Shown here piece after piece: positions 34,609-43,044 of a DNA stretch of 44,928 bases (within the stretch, counting starts at the first letter, position 1; each line of letters starts with the position of its first letter). The notes beneath the pieces are model-generated. The model was given only the letters and a program-made list of their open reading frames with translations, did no database searches and had not been told where the DNA came from. The translations under genes and the position numbers were made by a program. This DNA is from an uncultured Gammaproteobacteria bacterium (GTDB taxonomy: Bacteria; Pseudomonadota; Gammaproteobacteria; Steroidobacterales; UBA11654), in contig CAXGBD010000002.1 in the NCBI GenBank assembly GCA_964008355.1, forward strand, positions 1-44,928, in the 5' to 3' direction.

Positions 34609-36565
34609 GAATAGTTTGATCTACCATTAGATTATCGCCTTCTTTTGTGAATATCGATTTTATGATTACGTCATCAATTGCTCGCAAGCTGTTTTCCATT
34701 TTCATTGCTTCAACTATAGCTAATTCTTCTCCTGCTTTGACATGTTGTCCCTCCTTCACACAAATTTTTATTAAAAGTCCAGGCATCGGGGATAATAAGA
34801 ATTTTGATAGGTCTGGTGCTATTTTCTCAGGCATCAACTGGTTTAGTTCTGCAGTTCTGTTGCGTGTAACCAAGGCTTCCAGAACCCGACCACGGTAGGT
34901 CAATCGGTAGCCAGGGTGTAGATTCTCAAGCTGAAAGTAATAAATATCATCATTAACCCTAGCTTTCACTATCGGGTTATTGGGTGTTGAGGCTAAATCA
35001 ATAATGAAGATACTTGAGTCGATCAGGATTTCTGTTGTTTTTGATGATTTCTTAATGATTAGATCAATTTTTTTCTTGTTGAAAGAAACCGACCATGAAG
35101 ATTTTTTAGTCTCAGTTGCGATGGCAGTTTGGTATCGTTCTATGCTGTTTTGATGAATGCAAGCCAACACCGAGGCGACAATGAGCGTTTCATTTTCACT
35201 CGCTATTTCTCCTTGAAATCCATCCGGAAACTGTTCCTGTATAAAATTTGTTGTGGTATTGCCTTCTCGATATTTCTTTCTCTGCATGATAGAGCTTAAA
35301 AAGTTTATATTATGAGAAATACCTGAAATATGGAATTGATCCAGAGCAAGTAGCATTCTATCAATACTTTTTTCACGATCTTCCCCATAAGCAATCAGTT
35401 TTGCAATCATCGGATCATAGAATATGGATACATCACTGCCTTCTTCAATACCTGTATCGATTCTGATGAAATCCAAATGATCTGGAACACAATATTTACT
35501 CACTCTACCGATAGATGGCATAAAATCCCGGTAGGGATCCTCTGCATAAATTCTCGTTTCAATTGCTGAGCCTTTGACTTGTAGATCTTCTTGTTTAAAT
35601 TTCAGAACTTCTCCTGAAGCAATCCGGATCATTTCTTCTACTAGGTCAAGCCCGGTAGTCATTTCAGTGACTGGATGTTCGACTTGAAGCCTTGTATTCA
35701 TTTCAAGAAAGTAAAACTTTTGATTTTTATCAACAATGAATTCAACAGTGCCAGCAGATTCATAATCTACAGCTTTGGCCAATGTCACAGCTTGTTCACC
35801 CATTGCTATTCTAGTGTTATTGTCAATAAAAGGTGATGGCGCTTCTTCCACTACTTTTTGGTGTCTTCTTTGTATGGAGCATTCTCTTTCACCGACATAA
35901 ATAGTATGGCCTTGTTGGTCAGCCAAGATTTGAATTTCAATATGATGAGGCTCGGTAATGTATTTTTCTGCAAAAACTCTGTTATCTCCAAAACTTGCTA
36001 AACTTTCATTTTGAGCTCTGATGAATCCATCTGTGCATTGTTGATCATCGAAGGCAATACGCATTCCTTTACCACCCCCTCCAGCACTCGCTTTTAACAT
36101 TATTGGGTAACCGATTTCATTAGCAACTTCAACAGCTTGTTTTGAATTTTGGAGTGCTTCAGTGAATCCTGGTATGACATTAACACCTGCTTCTTCGGCA
36201 ATTATTTTTGATTGTATTTTATCTCCCATACTGGTTATTGCTTGGGGCTTAGGGCCGATAAATATAATGCCTTCCTGCTCTAGAGCTTCAGCAAAAGCTT
36301 CGTTTTCAGCCAAGAAACCATAGCCGGGATGAACCGCATCAGCTTTCGTTTGTGTACAAGCTTTGATGATATTTTCAATGACAAGATAGCTTTCAGAAGA
36401 AGCTGATCCGCCGATGTGAACAGATTCATCAGCTCTTGATACATGCATGGCGTTTTGGTCTGCATCAGAATAAACTGCAACCGTTTTGATTCCCATTTGA
36501 TTGCACGTTTTGATTATTCTACAAGCAATCTCTCCACGATTGGCAATCAGTATCTTTTTAAACAT
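34592..36565 (-). CDS. pccA: Propionyl-CoA carboxylase alpha subunit (biotin carboxylase + BCCP)
   Basis: MFKKILIANRGEIACR N-terminus, ATP-grasp GGGGKGMR, and the biotinylation motif EAMKMEN. ATG 36565 is preferred over the track start at 36601, which would overlap pccB. Confidence 0.9.
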   Translation of the reverse strand: MFKKILIANRGEIACRIIKTCNQMGIKTVAVYSDADQNAMHVSRADESVHIGGSASSESYLVIENIIKACTQTKADAVHPGYGFLAENEAFAEALEQEGIIFIGPKPQAITSMGDKIQSKIIAEEAGVNVIPGFTEALQNSKQAVEVANEIGYPIMLKASAGGGGKGMRIAFDDQQCTDGFIRAQNESLASFGDNRVFAEKYITEPHHIEIQILADQQGHTIYVGERECSIQRRHQKVVEEAPSPFIDNNTRIAMGEQAVTLAKAVDYESAGTVEFIVDKNQKFYFLEMNTRLQVEHPVTEMTTGLDLVEEMIRIASGEVLKFKQEDLQVKGSAIETRIYAEDPYRDFMPSIGRVSKYCVPDHLDFIRIDTGIEEGSDVSIFYDPMIAKLIAYGEDREKSIDRMLLALDQFHISGISHNINFLSSIMQRKKYREGNTTTNFIQEQFPDGFQGEIASENETLIVASVLACIHQNSIERYQTAIATETKKSSWSVSFNKKKIDLIIKKSSKTTEILIDSSIFIIDLASTPNNPIVKARVNDDIYYFQLENLHPGYRLTYRGRVLEALVTRNRTAELNQLMPEKIAPDLSKFLLSPMPGLLIKICVKEGQHVKAGEELAIVEAMKMENSLRAIDDVIIKSIFTKEGDNLMVDQTILEFED

Positions 36566-36570
36566 TTTAT

Positions 36571-38103
36571 CTAAAGCGGTATATTGTCGTGCTTTCGCCA
36601 AGGATTGGACTGTTCTTTATTTTTCAACATTTCAAATGAGTGACATAGTTTTTCACGTGTTTGATACGGTAAAACGATATCATCTATATAGCCTCGACTG
36701 GCTGCTATGAACGGATTAGCAAATTTTTCTCTGTATTCATTGGTCCTTTTTTCTATTTTCTCTTCATTGCCAATATCTTGCCTAAAGATGATTTCTACAG
36801 CACCTTTTGGACCCATAACAGCAATTTCAGCTGATGGCCAAGCAAAATTAATATCACCTCGTATGTGTTTTGAACTCATTACATCGTATGCACCGCCGTA
36901 GGCTTTTCGGGTGATTAATGTGACTTTAGGTACCGTGGCTTCAGCGTAGGCGAAGAGAAGTTTGGCTCCATGTTTGATGATTCCACCGTACTCCTGTGAG
37001 GTTCCAGGCATAAATCCTGGAACATCCACCAGAGTGAGTAGAGGAATATTAAAGGCATCGCAAAAACGGACAAATCGACCACCTTTAATGGAGGCATTAA
37101 TATCAAGACACCCAGCAAGAACAAGTGGCTGATTCCCTACCACTCCAATGGTGGATCCATTCAGTCGGATGAAACCAATAACAATGTTTTGTGCATAATT
37201 GGATTGTATTTCAAAAAAATCACCCTCATCGGCGATTTTATTGATCACATCTTTAATGTCATAGGGTTTAGCAGGATCATCAGGTATCAATGTATCTAAA
37301 GAGTGTTCGGCTCGTTCAATGGGATCTTTTGTGGGAACAATTGGTGTTTTTTCTTTATTGTTTTGCGGAAGATGGCTGAGAAACTCCCTGGTCATCAATA
37401 AAGCTTCGGTGTCATTTTTAAATGTTAGGTCTGCTACACCAGATTTTCTACTGTGGGTAGATGCACCTCCCAACTCCTCTGCCGTAACTTCTTCGTGAGT
37501 GACTGTTTTAACAACATCTGGCCCCGTGACAAACATGTATGAACTGTCCTCAACCATAACAATAAAATCTGTCATTGCTGGCGAATACACTGCTCCACCT
37601 GCACACGGTCCCATGACGAGGGAAATTTGTGGAATGACACCTGAGGCCAATACGTTTCTTTGAAACACTTCGGCATAACCGCCCAGAGATACGACTCCTT
37701 CTTGTATTCTTGCACCTCCTGAATCGTTGAGCCCGATTAATGGTGCACCATTACGGACTGCGTGATCCATAACTTTGCAAATTTTTTCTGCATGAGCTTC
37801 CGATAAGGATCCTCCAAAAACGGTAAAATCCTGGCTGAACACATAAACCAATCTACCGTTGATCTTGCCATAACCGGTGACTACACCATCACCTGGTATT
37901 TTTTGTTCTTCCATACCAAAGTCGACTGCTCGATGCTCGACAAACATATCCCACTCTTGAAAACTATCCTCATCAAGAAGGATATCAAGCCGTTCTCTGG
38001 CAGTTAATTTACCCTTGGCATGTTGCTTTTTAATCCGATCTTCGCCACCACCTAATTTGGCAGCATTAGCCCTTTTTTCCAGCTCTTTAATATTTTTTTT
38101 CAT
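36571..38103 (-). CDS. pccB: Propionyl-CoA carboxylase beta subunit (carboxyltransferase)
   Basis: 510 aa, collinear with PccB/methylmalonyl-CoA carboxyltransferase 12S ([30 protein letters not shown]). Confidence 0.9.
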   Translation of the reverse strand: MKKNIKELEKRANAAKLGGGEDRIKKQHAKGKLTARERLDILLDEDSFQEWDMFVEHRAVDFGMEEQKIPGDGVVTGYGKINGRLVYVFSQDFTVFGGSLSEAHAEKICKVMDHAVRNGAPLIGLNDSGGARIQEGVVSLGGYAEVFQRNVLASGVIPQISLVMGPCAGGAVYSPAMTDFIVMVEDSSYMFVTGPDVVKTVTHEEVTAEELGGASTHSRKSGVADLTFKNDTEALLMTREFLSHLPQNNKEKTPIVPTKDPIERAEHSLDTLIPDDPAKPYDIKDVINKIADEGDFFEIQSNYAQNIVIGFIRLNGSTIGVVGNQPLVLAGCLDINASIKGGRFVRFCDAFNIPLLTLVDVPGFMPGTSQEYGGIIKHGAKLLFAYAEATVPKVTLITRKAYGGAYDVMSSKHIRGDINFAWPSAEIAVMGPKGAVEIIFRQDIGNEEKIEKRTNEYREKFANPFIAASRGYIDDIVLPYQTREKLCHSFEMLKNKEQSNPWRKHDNIPL

Positions 38104-38109
38104 ACACTT

Positions 38110-40236
38110 CTAACCAATTAGATCCAAAACTTCCATGGCTGCTTTGGCGATATTGGTGCCGGGTCCAAACACAGCTCCAACACCTGCAGCTTTAAGAACA
38201 GGGATGTCTTGTTCGGGGATGATGCCACCACAAACCACCACGATGTTTTCTGCTTGTTCATTCTTTAATGCATCAAGTAGCATCGGCACCAAGGTTTTAT
38301 GGCCTGCAGCCTGTGTTGAAACACCAAGGATATGTACATCATTTTCAACTGCTTGCTTTGCAGCTTCTTCTGGAGTTTGAAACAAAGGGCCAATATCGAC
38401 ATCAAAACCCATGTCTGCAAATGCCGTAGCAATTACTTTAGCTCCTCTGTCATGGCCATCTTGACCTAATTTGGCAACTAAAATCCTAGGCCTTCTTCCA
38501 AAATCTTTTGTAAATGATGAGATTTTTTCTTCAATTTTCATAAAATATTCATCCCCATCATACTCACTACGATACACTCCACTGATCGATTGGGCTACTG
38601 CTTGATGACGGCCAAAAACATTCTCCATGGCCATCGATATTTCACCAACGGTTGCTCTTTCTCTGGCAGCATCAATTGCAATTTCTAATAAATTAACTGA
38701 CTCATCTCTGGCAGCAGTTTCTAATTTTTCTAATGCTTCTTGGCATTGTTTTTCACGGCGATTATTTTTGATAGACTGAATTTTATTAATTTGCTGATCC
38801 CTGACATCCTGGTTATCAATTGCGAGGATTTCAACGTCTTCTTGATCCTTTGAAAAATAATCGTTTACACCTACGATTATTTCTTCTTTTTTATCAATTC
38901 TAGCTTGTCTAATGGCTGCTGACTCTTCAATTCTTAATTTGGGTAGACCTGCTTGTACCGCTTTAGTCATCCCACCGAGTTCTTCTGCTTCTTCAATCAA
39001 TTTTCTTGCCTCATTGATCAGCGATGCTGTTAAAGATTCAACATAATACGAACCTGCCAAGGGGTCAACGACTTTGGTTATGCCAGTTTCCTCTCTCAAA
39101 ACCAATTGGGTGTTTCTTGCAATTTGGGCAGAGAATGGGGTTGGTAGAGCCAAGGCTTCATCAAACGAATTGGTATGGAGTGATTGTGTTCCTCCTAAAA
39201 CTGCTGCCATGGCTTCTATTGTAGTTCTAATGATGTTGTTGTGAGGATCTTGACTAGTTAGGCTCACCCCAGAGGTCTGGCAGTGTGTTCGTAGCATTAG
39301 AGATTTTGGGTTTTTGGGATTGAATTCTTTTTCAATCAACTCAGACCATAACACTCTAGCAGCTCTAAGTTTTGCAACTTCCATAAAAAAATTCATGCCA
39401 ATCCCAAAGAAGAATGAAAGCCTAGGAGCAAATGCATCCACTTCTAATCCTTTATTGATAGCAGCTCTGACGTATTCAATACCATCTGCTAAAGTGTAAG
39501 CCAACTCTTGTGTACAAGTTGCTCCTGCTTCTAGCATGTGGTACCCAGAAATGGAAACAGAATTAAATTTTGGTAAATATTTTGATGAATAATAAATAAT
39601 ATCTGCAACAATTCTCATTGAATCGTTAGGTGGGTAAATGTAAGTATTACGAACCATGAATTCCTTTAGAATGTCATTTTGTAAGGTTCCATTGAGCTCT
39701 TCTTTAACCACTCCTTGTTCTTCCGCTGCAACAATGAACATAGCCATAATTGGTATAACCGCACCATTCATAGTCATCGAAACCGACATTTTATTGAGAG
39801 GAATTTGATCAAATAAAATTTTCATGTCTTCAACCGTGTCTATTGCGACACCTGCTTTACCCACGTCACCAGTAACCCTAGGATGATCCGAGTCGTATCC
39901 TCGATGAGTGGCTAAATCAAAGGCAACCGATAACCCTGTTTGACCAGCATCGATATTGTCTCGATAAAACTGATTGGACTCTTCAGCGGTAGAAAATCCC
40001 GAATACTGTCTAACCGTCCAAGGTCGTTTTGCGTACATGGTTGCTCTTGGGCCTCTCAGGTAGGGAGGCAGGCCAGGAAATGAGTCCAAGTGGCTGGTGT
40101 CTTCTAGATCTTCTGCCGTATAAAGTGGCTTGACGGCGATTCCTTCTAATGTCTTCCAGCTAAGATCTTCAAGGGATTCACCTCGAAGCTCTTCGTCTAC
40201 TTTTTGTTGCCAATCTTCTTTATTAGATTTACTCAT
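38110..40236 (-). CDS. mcm: Methylmalonyl-CoA mutase, single-chain large form with a B12-binding domain
   Basis: [11 protein letters not shown] and [13 protein letters not shown] are present, together with the C-terminal cobalamin motif [14 protein letters not shown] 40236 (MSKSNKED) follows AGAGGA. Confidence 0.9.
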   Translation of the reverse strand: MSKSNKEDWQQKVDEELRGESLEDLSWKTLEGIAVKPLYTAEDLEDTSHLDSFPGLPPYLRGPRATMYAKRPWTVRQYSGFSTAEESNQFYRDNIDAGQTGLSVAFDLATHRGYDSDHPRVTGDVGKAGVAIDTVEDMKILFDQIPLNKMSVSMTMNGAVIPIMAMFIVAAEEQGVVKEELNGTLQNDILKEFMVRNTYIYPPNDSMRIVADIIYYSSKYLPKFNSVSISGYHMLEAGATCTQELAYTLADGIEYVRAAINKGLEVDAFAPRLSFFFGIGMNFFMEVAKLRAARVLWSELIEKEFNPKNPKSLMLRTHCQTSGVSLTSQDPHNNIIRTTIEAMAAVLGGTQSLHTNSFDEALALPTPFSAQIARNTQLVLREETGITKVVDPLAGSYYVESLTASLINEARKLIEEAEELGGMTKAVQAGLPKLRIEESAAIRQARIDKKEEIIVGVNDYFSKDQEDVEILAIDNQDVRDQQINKIQSIKNNRREKQCQEALEKLETAARDESVNLLEIAIDAARERATVGEISMAMENVFGRHQAVAQSISGVYRSEYDGDEYFMKIEEKISSFTKDFGRRPRILVAKLGQDGHDRGAKVIATAFADMGFDVDIGPLFQTPEEAAKQAVENDVHILGVSTQAAGHKTLVPMLLDALKNEQAENIVVVCGGIIPEQDIPVLKAAGVGAVFGPGTNIAKAAMEVLDLIG

Positions 40237-40413
40237 TTTCCTCTTTTTTGTATTGATCAGAACCGTTACCGGTCTATTGTATAGGTCTGTACCGATCAAT
40301 CATAGAAGTTAACCCTATAACGAAAATGATTTATTATTCAATTATATAAAAAATTACAAATTTGATAGTGCAGAGTTATAGTTAGTGTTAGTTTAATAAT
40401 TAGGAAGAGAATT

Positions 40414-41454
40414 ATGAAATTAGGAATAGGATTGGGTTATTCACCAGCCAAGTTGACAATACCCATGGAAGATATTTTGGAGGCTGAGAAACTAGGATAT
40501 GATTCAGTTTGGTCTGCAGAATCCTATGGTTCTGATGCTGTTTCTGTTGCCGCATATGTTTTGGCTTCAACCACTAAAATCAAAGTAGGAACCGCAATCA
40601 TGCAGATGCAGGCTAGAACACCAACCATGACTGCAATGACTGCTTTGTCACTCAATGCACTATCAGGGGGTAGGTTTTTACTCGGACTCGGGCCCTCAGG
40701 ACCCCAAGTAGTGGAGGGTTGGTATGGACAACCTTATGGAAGACCGCTCACACGAACAAAAGAATACATCTCAATCGTCAGGAAAATCATAGCCCGAGAA
40801 GCAGCCCTGACACACGAAGGTTATCATTACCAAATTCCCTATACTGGTGAAGGCTCAAGTGGTCTTGGCAAACCATTGAAAAGCATTCTTCACAGCACCA
40901 GTGATTTAAAAATTTATACTGCATCCATCACCCCCGCAGGGTTAAGGTGTGCGGGCGAGGTTTCCGACGGAGTTTTCCCTATGTGGATGAATCCTGAGAA
41001 GTTTAATCTCATTGGAGATCATGTTGAAGAAGGCTTTGCAAAAGCGGGTGAGAGCAAAGGTTACCAGAATTTTGATGTTGCTCCTTTTGTTCCTGTTGTA
41101 ATGGGTAGTAATGTTGATTTTTGTATCATGGCGATGAAACCAATGATGGCACTTTATATTGGGGGCATGGGAGCTAAATCCAAAAATTTTTATACCGACT
41201 ATGCGAAACGACTTGGATACGAAGAAGCCGCTGATACTATTCAAGATCTATATTTGCAGGGCAAGAAAGAAGAAGCCACTATGGCTGTTCCAAATGAACT
41301 TGTTGACGAGTGTGCCTTGATTGGCCCAGCTGAAAGAATTAAAGAGCGACTACAGCCCTGGAAAGAATTGGACAAGACAGGGAAGATTGGCACCTTGGTA
41401 TTAGGCAATGTGTCAAAGGAAGCTCTAAGAGTAATTGCCGAAGAAATACTTTAG
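40414..41454 (+). CDS. Luciferase-like (LLM class) F420-dependent oxidoreductase
   Basis: 346 aa starting MKLGIGLGY, with GYDSVWSAE and GRFLLGLGPSGPQVVEGWYG, typical of LLM F420-dependent enzymes. Confidence 0.7.
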   Translation: MKLGIGLGYSPAKLTIPMEDILEAEKLGYDSVWSAESYGSDAVSVAAYVLASTTKIKVGTAIMQMQARTPTMTAMTALSLNALSGGRFLLGLGPSGPQVVEGWYGQPYGRPLTRTKEYISIVRKIIAREAALTHEGYHYQIPYTGEGSSGLGKPLKSILHSTSDLKIYTASITPAGLRCAGEVSDGVFPMWMNPEKFNLIGDHVEEGFAKAGESKGYQNFDVAPFVPVVMGSNVDFCIMAMKPMMALYIGGMGAKSKNFYTDYAKRLGYEEAADTIQDLYLQGKKEEATMAVPNELVDECALIGPAERIKERLQPWKELDKTGKIGTLVLGNVSKEALRVIAEEIL

Positions 41455-41462
41455 AAATCGTT

Positions 41463-41675
41463 GTGAAAAAAGCGGGATTAATTTTAATTTTGATTACTGC
41501 TGCTTTGCTTTTGGGGTATGGAGCTTATGAAATGATCCTAGATCAGGAGATGTCATTGTTGGTCAAAATCGCTGTGGTTGGTTTGTACTTAGGTTTTGTT
41601 ATAGTATTTATTGCTGTTTTGTTGCAAAGAATAAAAGAACAAAAATCAGATAAATATATTGAAGTGGAGAAATAA
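41463..41675 (+). CDS. Small two-TM membrane protein
   Basis: 70 aa, GTG start 8 nt after the LLM stop, with two hydrophobic helices. Its stop lies 1 nt before the ybjQ-like start. Confidence 0.45.
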   Translation: MKKAGLILILITAALLLGYGAYEMILDQEMSLLVKIAVVGLYLGFVIVFIAVLLQRIKEQKSDKYIEVEK

Positions 41676-41676
41676 T

Positions 41677-41997
41677 ATGCTTGTTGTAACCAGCCCAGAT
41701 ATTCCAGGCAGAACCATTCTTAAAACTCTTGGTATCGTTAGAGGCAGTTCAATCAGGGCTAGACATATTGGAAAAGACATTGTTGCGGGTCTCAGAAATA
41801 TTGTCGGTGGTGAGATTCACGAGTACGAAAAATTGCTTGCTGAAAGCCGAGAACAAGCCTTGGATAGAATGAAAAAAAATGCTAAAGAAGTTGGTGGCAA
41901 TGCCGTTATCAGTATGCAGTTCACTACATCAGTTCTAATGGGTGGAGCAGCTGAGATGATGGCTTATGGCACTGCAGTTGTCATCGAGGAGGAGTGA
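41677..41997 (+). CDS. ybjQ: YbjQ/UPF0145 family protein
   Basis: MLVVTSPDIPGRTILKTLGIVRG...GGNAVI...YGTAVVI family pattern. ATG 41677 follows GGAGA. Confidence 0.75.
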   Translation: MLVVTSPDIPGRTILKTLGIVRGSSIRARHIGKDIVAGLRNIVGGEIHEYEKLLAESREQALDRMKKNAKEVGGNAVISMQFTTSVLMGGAAEMMAYGTAVVIEEE

Positions 41998-42000
41998 ACA

Positions 42001-42393
42001 ATGAACTATAAGGCTTGGTTCCGTTTTCTGATCATTTTTCCAATGGTATTGGTTATTGCTGCCGTTGCTCTTGATTTCAGTTATCCGTTTCCTGAGTCAG
42101 TTAGCGAATATTATGCCTTACTCGCAGTGAGTGGCTTCAGTAGAATTTATTATGCTTACCTATTGGCTGCTCTTGCTGGTTTTATAGCAGATATGTGCCT
42201 CTTTTTCTTTGTTAAGAACTCAAGGGAGATTTGGCTAATTTTAATTTCAGTATTTTATGTACTTGGAGCACTGATGCCTGAACTTACCATTATGACTCCA
42301 GTTTCCATTGTGATGGTACAGATCGCTTCATTACTGGGAGGAATAAAAATAGCAGTTGCCTATTATTCTCCCCATATAAGAGACTTGTTTTGA
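42001..42393 (+). CDS. Small polytopic membrane protein
   Basis: 130 aa with about 4 hydrophobic segments, starting 3 nt after the ybjQ-like stop. Confidence 0.5.
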   Translation: MNYKAWFRFLIIFPMVLVIAAVALDFSYPFPESVSEYYALLAVSGFSRIYYAYLLAALAGFIADMCLFFFVKNSREIWLILISVFYVLGALMPELTIMTPVSIVMVQIASLLGGIKIAVAYYSPHIRDLF

Positions 42394-42408
42394 GTGCCTA
42401 GACTTATA

Positions 42409-42436
42409 AAAAGGGGGCTAGTTATAGCCCCCTTTT
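42409..42436. terminator. Bidirectional rho-independent terminator
   Basis: Perfect 12-bp stem AAAAGGGGGCTA / TAGCCCCCTTTT with loop GTTA, placed between convergent genes and with T-runs on both strands. Confidence 0.85.
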
Positions 42437-42441
42437 CCTTA

Positions 42442-42891
42442 TTATCCCAATAACTTCTTTTTTGAAGTGAGGGATATTTTTTTGGGTTTTCGATGTTCTG
42501 GAATAATTTTCTCCATGCCAATGTATAGCATTCCATTGGACAAGGCTGCACCTTTAACGACCATATCATCAGATAGAATAAATTTTCGTTCAAAATTTCT
42601 AGCCGCAAGCCCTTGATGCATCAATCCATCTGCAGCTTCCTTAGGTCGATTACCTTTGATCGTCAAGTTTTCTCCGGTAACCTCAACATCAACATCACTT
42701 TCATCAAATCCAGCAACAGCTAATTCGATCGTGTACTGATCATCAGACAATTTTCTGATGTTATAAGGTGGATAATTGGCATTTTGAGACTTTGAGTTTG
42801 CCAGCAGTGATAGGGTATCAAAGGTTCTATCAAAACCTACAGCAAAGGGTGAGATGTCTCTCCATACTGAATCAAATATTGTATTAACCAT
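42442..42891 (-). CDS. ibpA: Small heat-shock protein, IbpA/Hsp20 family
   Basis: Collinear with E. coli IbpA (GFDR.F, YPPYN, AVAGF, ERNFERKF, NGMLYI, IPE..KP). ATG 42891 follows AAGGAG. Confidence 0.85.
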   Translation of the reverse strand: MVNTIFDSVWRDISPFAVGFDRTFDTLSLLANSKSQNANYPPYNIRKLSDDQYTIELAVAGFDESDVDVEVTGENLTIKGNRPKEAADGLMHQGLAARNFERKFILSDDMVVKGAALSNGMLYIGMEKIIPEHRKPKKISLTSKKKLLG

Positions 42892-42961
42892 AATTTTCTC
42901 CTTTTTGTTAAGCAAGTTAATCATTCATTTGTAGACCCAATTAATGGCATCCACATTCTAG

Positions 42962-42989
42962 ATATATGGATAATCTGATGGACTTCAAG
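42962..42989 (-). promoter_or_regulatory. Sigma-32 (RpoH)-type heat-shock promoter for the sHSP gene
   Basis: The minus strand reads CTTGAAG, then 12-14 nt, then CCATATAT, against the consensus CTTGAA-N13-17-CCCCATNT. It lies about 70 nt upstream of the ATG. Confidence 0.4.
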
Positions 42990-43044
42990 TCATGAAAAAG
43001 GAAATTATTACTGAAAATATATTGGAGAGATAGCAGGCAAATAA

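Noticed and set aside
36566-36601. 12-codon extension of pccA overlapping pccB
   Set aside because: The canonical biotin carboxylase N-terminus MFKKILIANRGEIA begins at 36565. The extension would create a 31-nt overlap.
33188-40236. The mcm-pccB-pccA-meaB-mce cluster as a novelty
   Set aside because: This is the textbook methylmalonyl-CoA pathway operon with all expected motifs. Only the TTG start of meaB and the tight gene overlaps are slightly unusual.
40237-40299. 21-codon extension of the mutase ORF
   Set aside because: ATG 40236 has an AGAGGA ribosome-binding site, and the extension has none and looks like translated promoter DNA.
40237-40413. Cobalamin riboswitch upstream of the B12-dependent mutase or the LLM gene
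   Set aside because: I could find no B12-box-like element or GC-rich multi-stem structure. The spacer is AT-rich, with only a 7-bp inverted repeat (ATTGATC...GATCAAT).
42363-42608. 81-aa minus-strand ORF spanning the terminator and the 3' end of the sHSP gene
   Set aside because: It runs through the 42409..42436 hairpin and overlaps ibpA out of frame. No independent signals support it.
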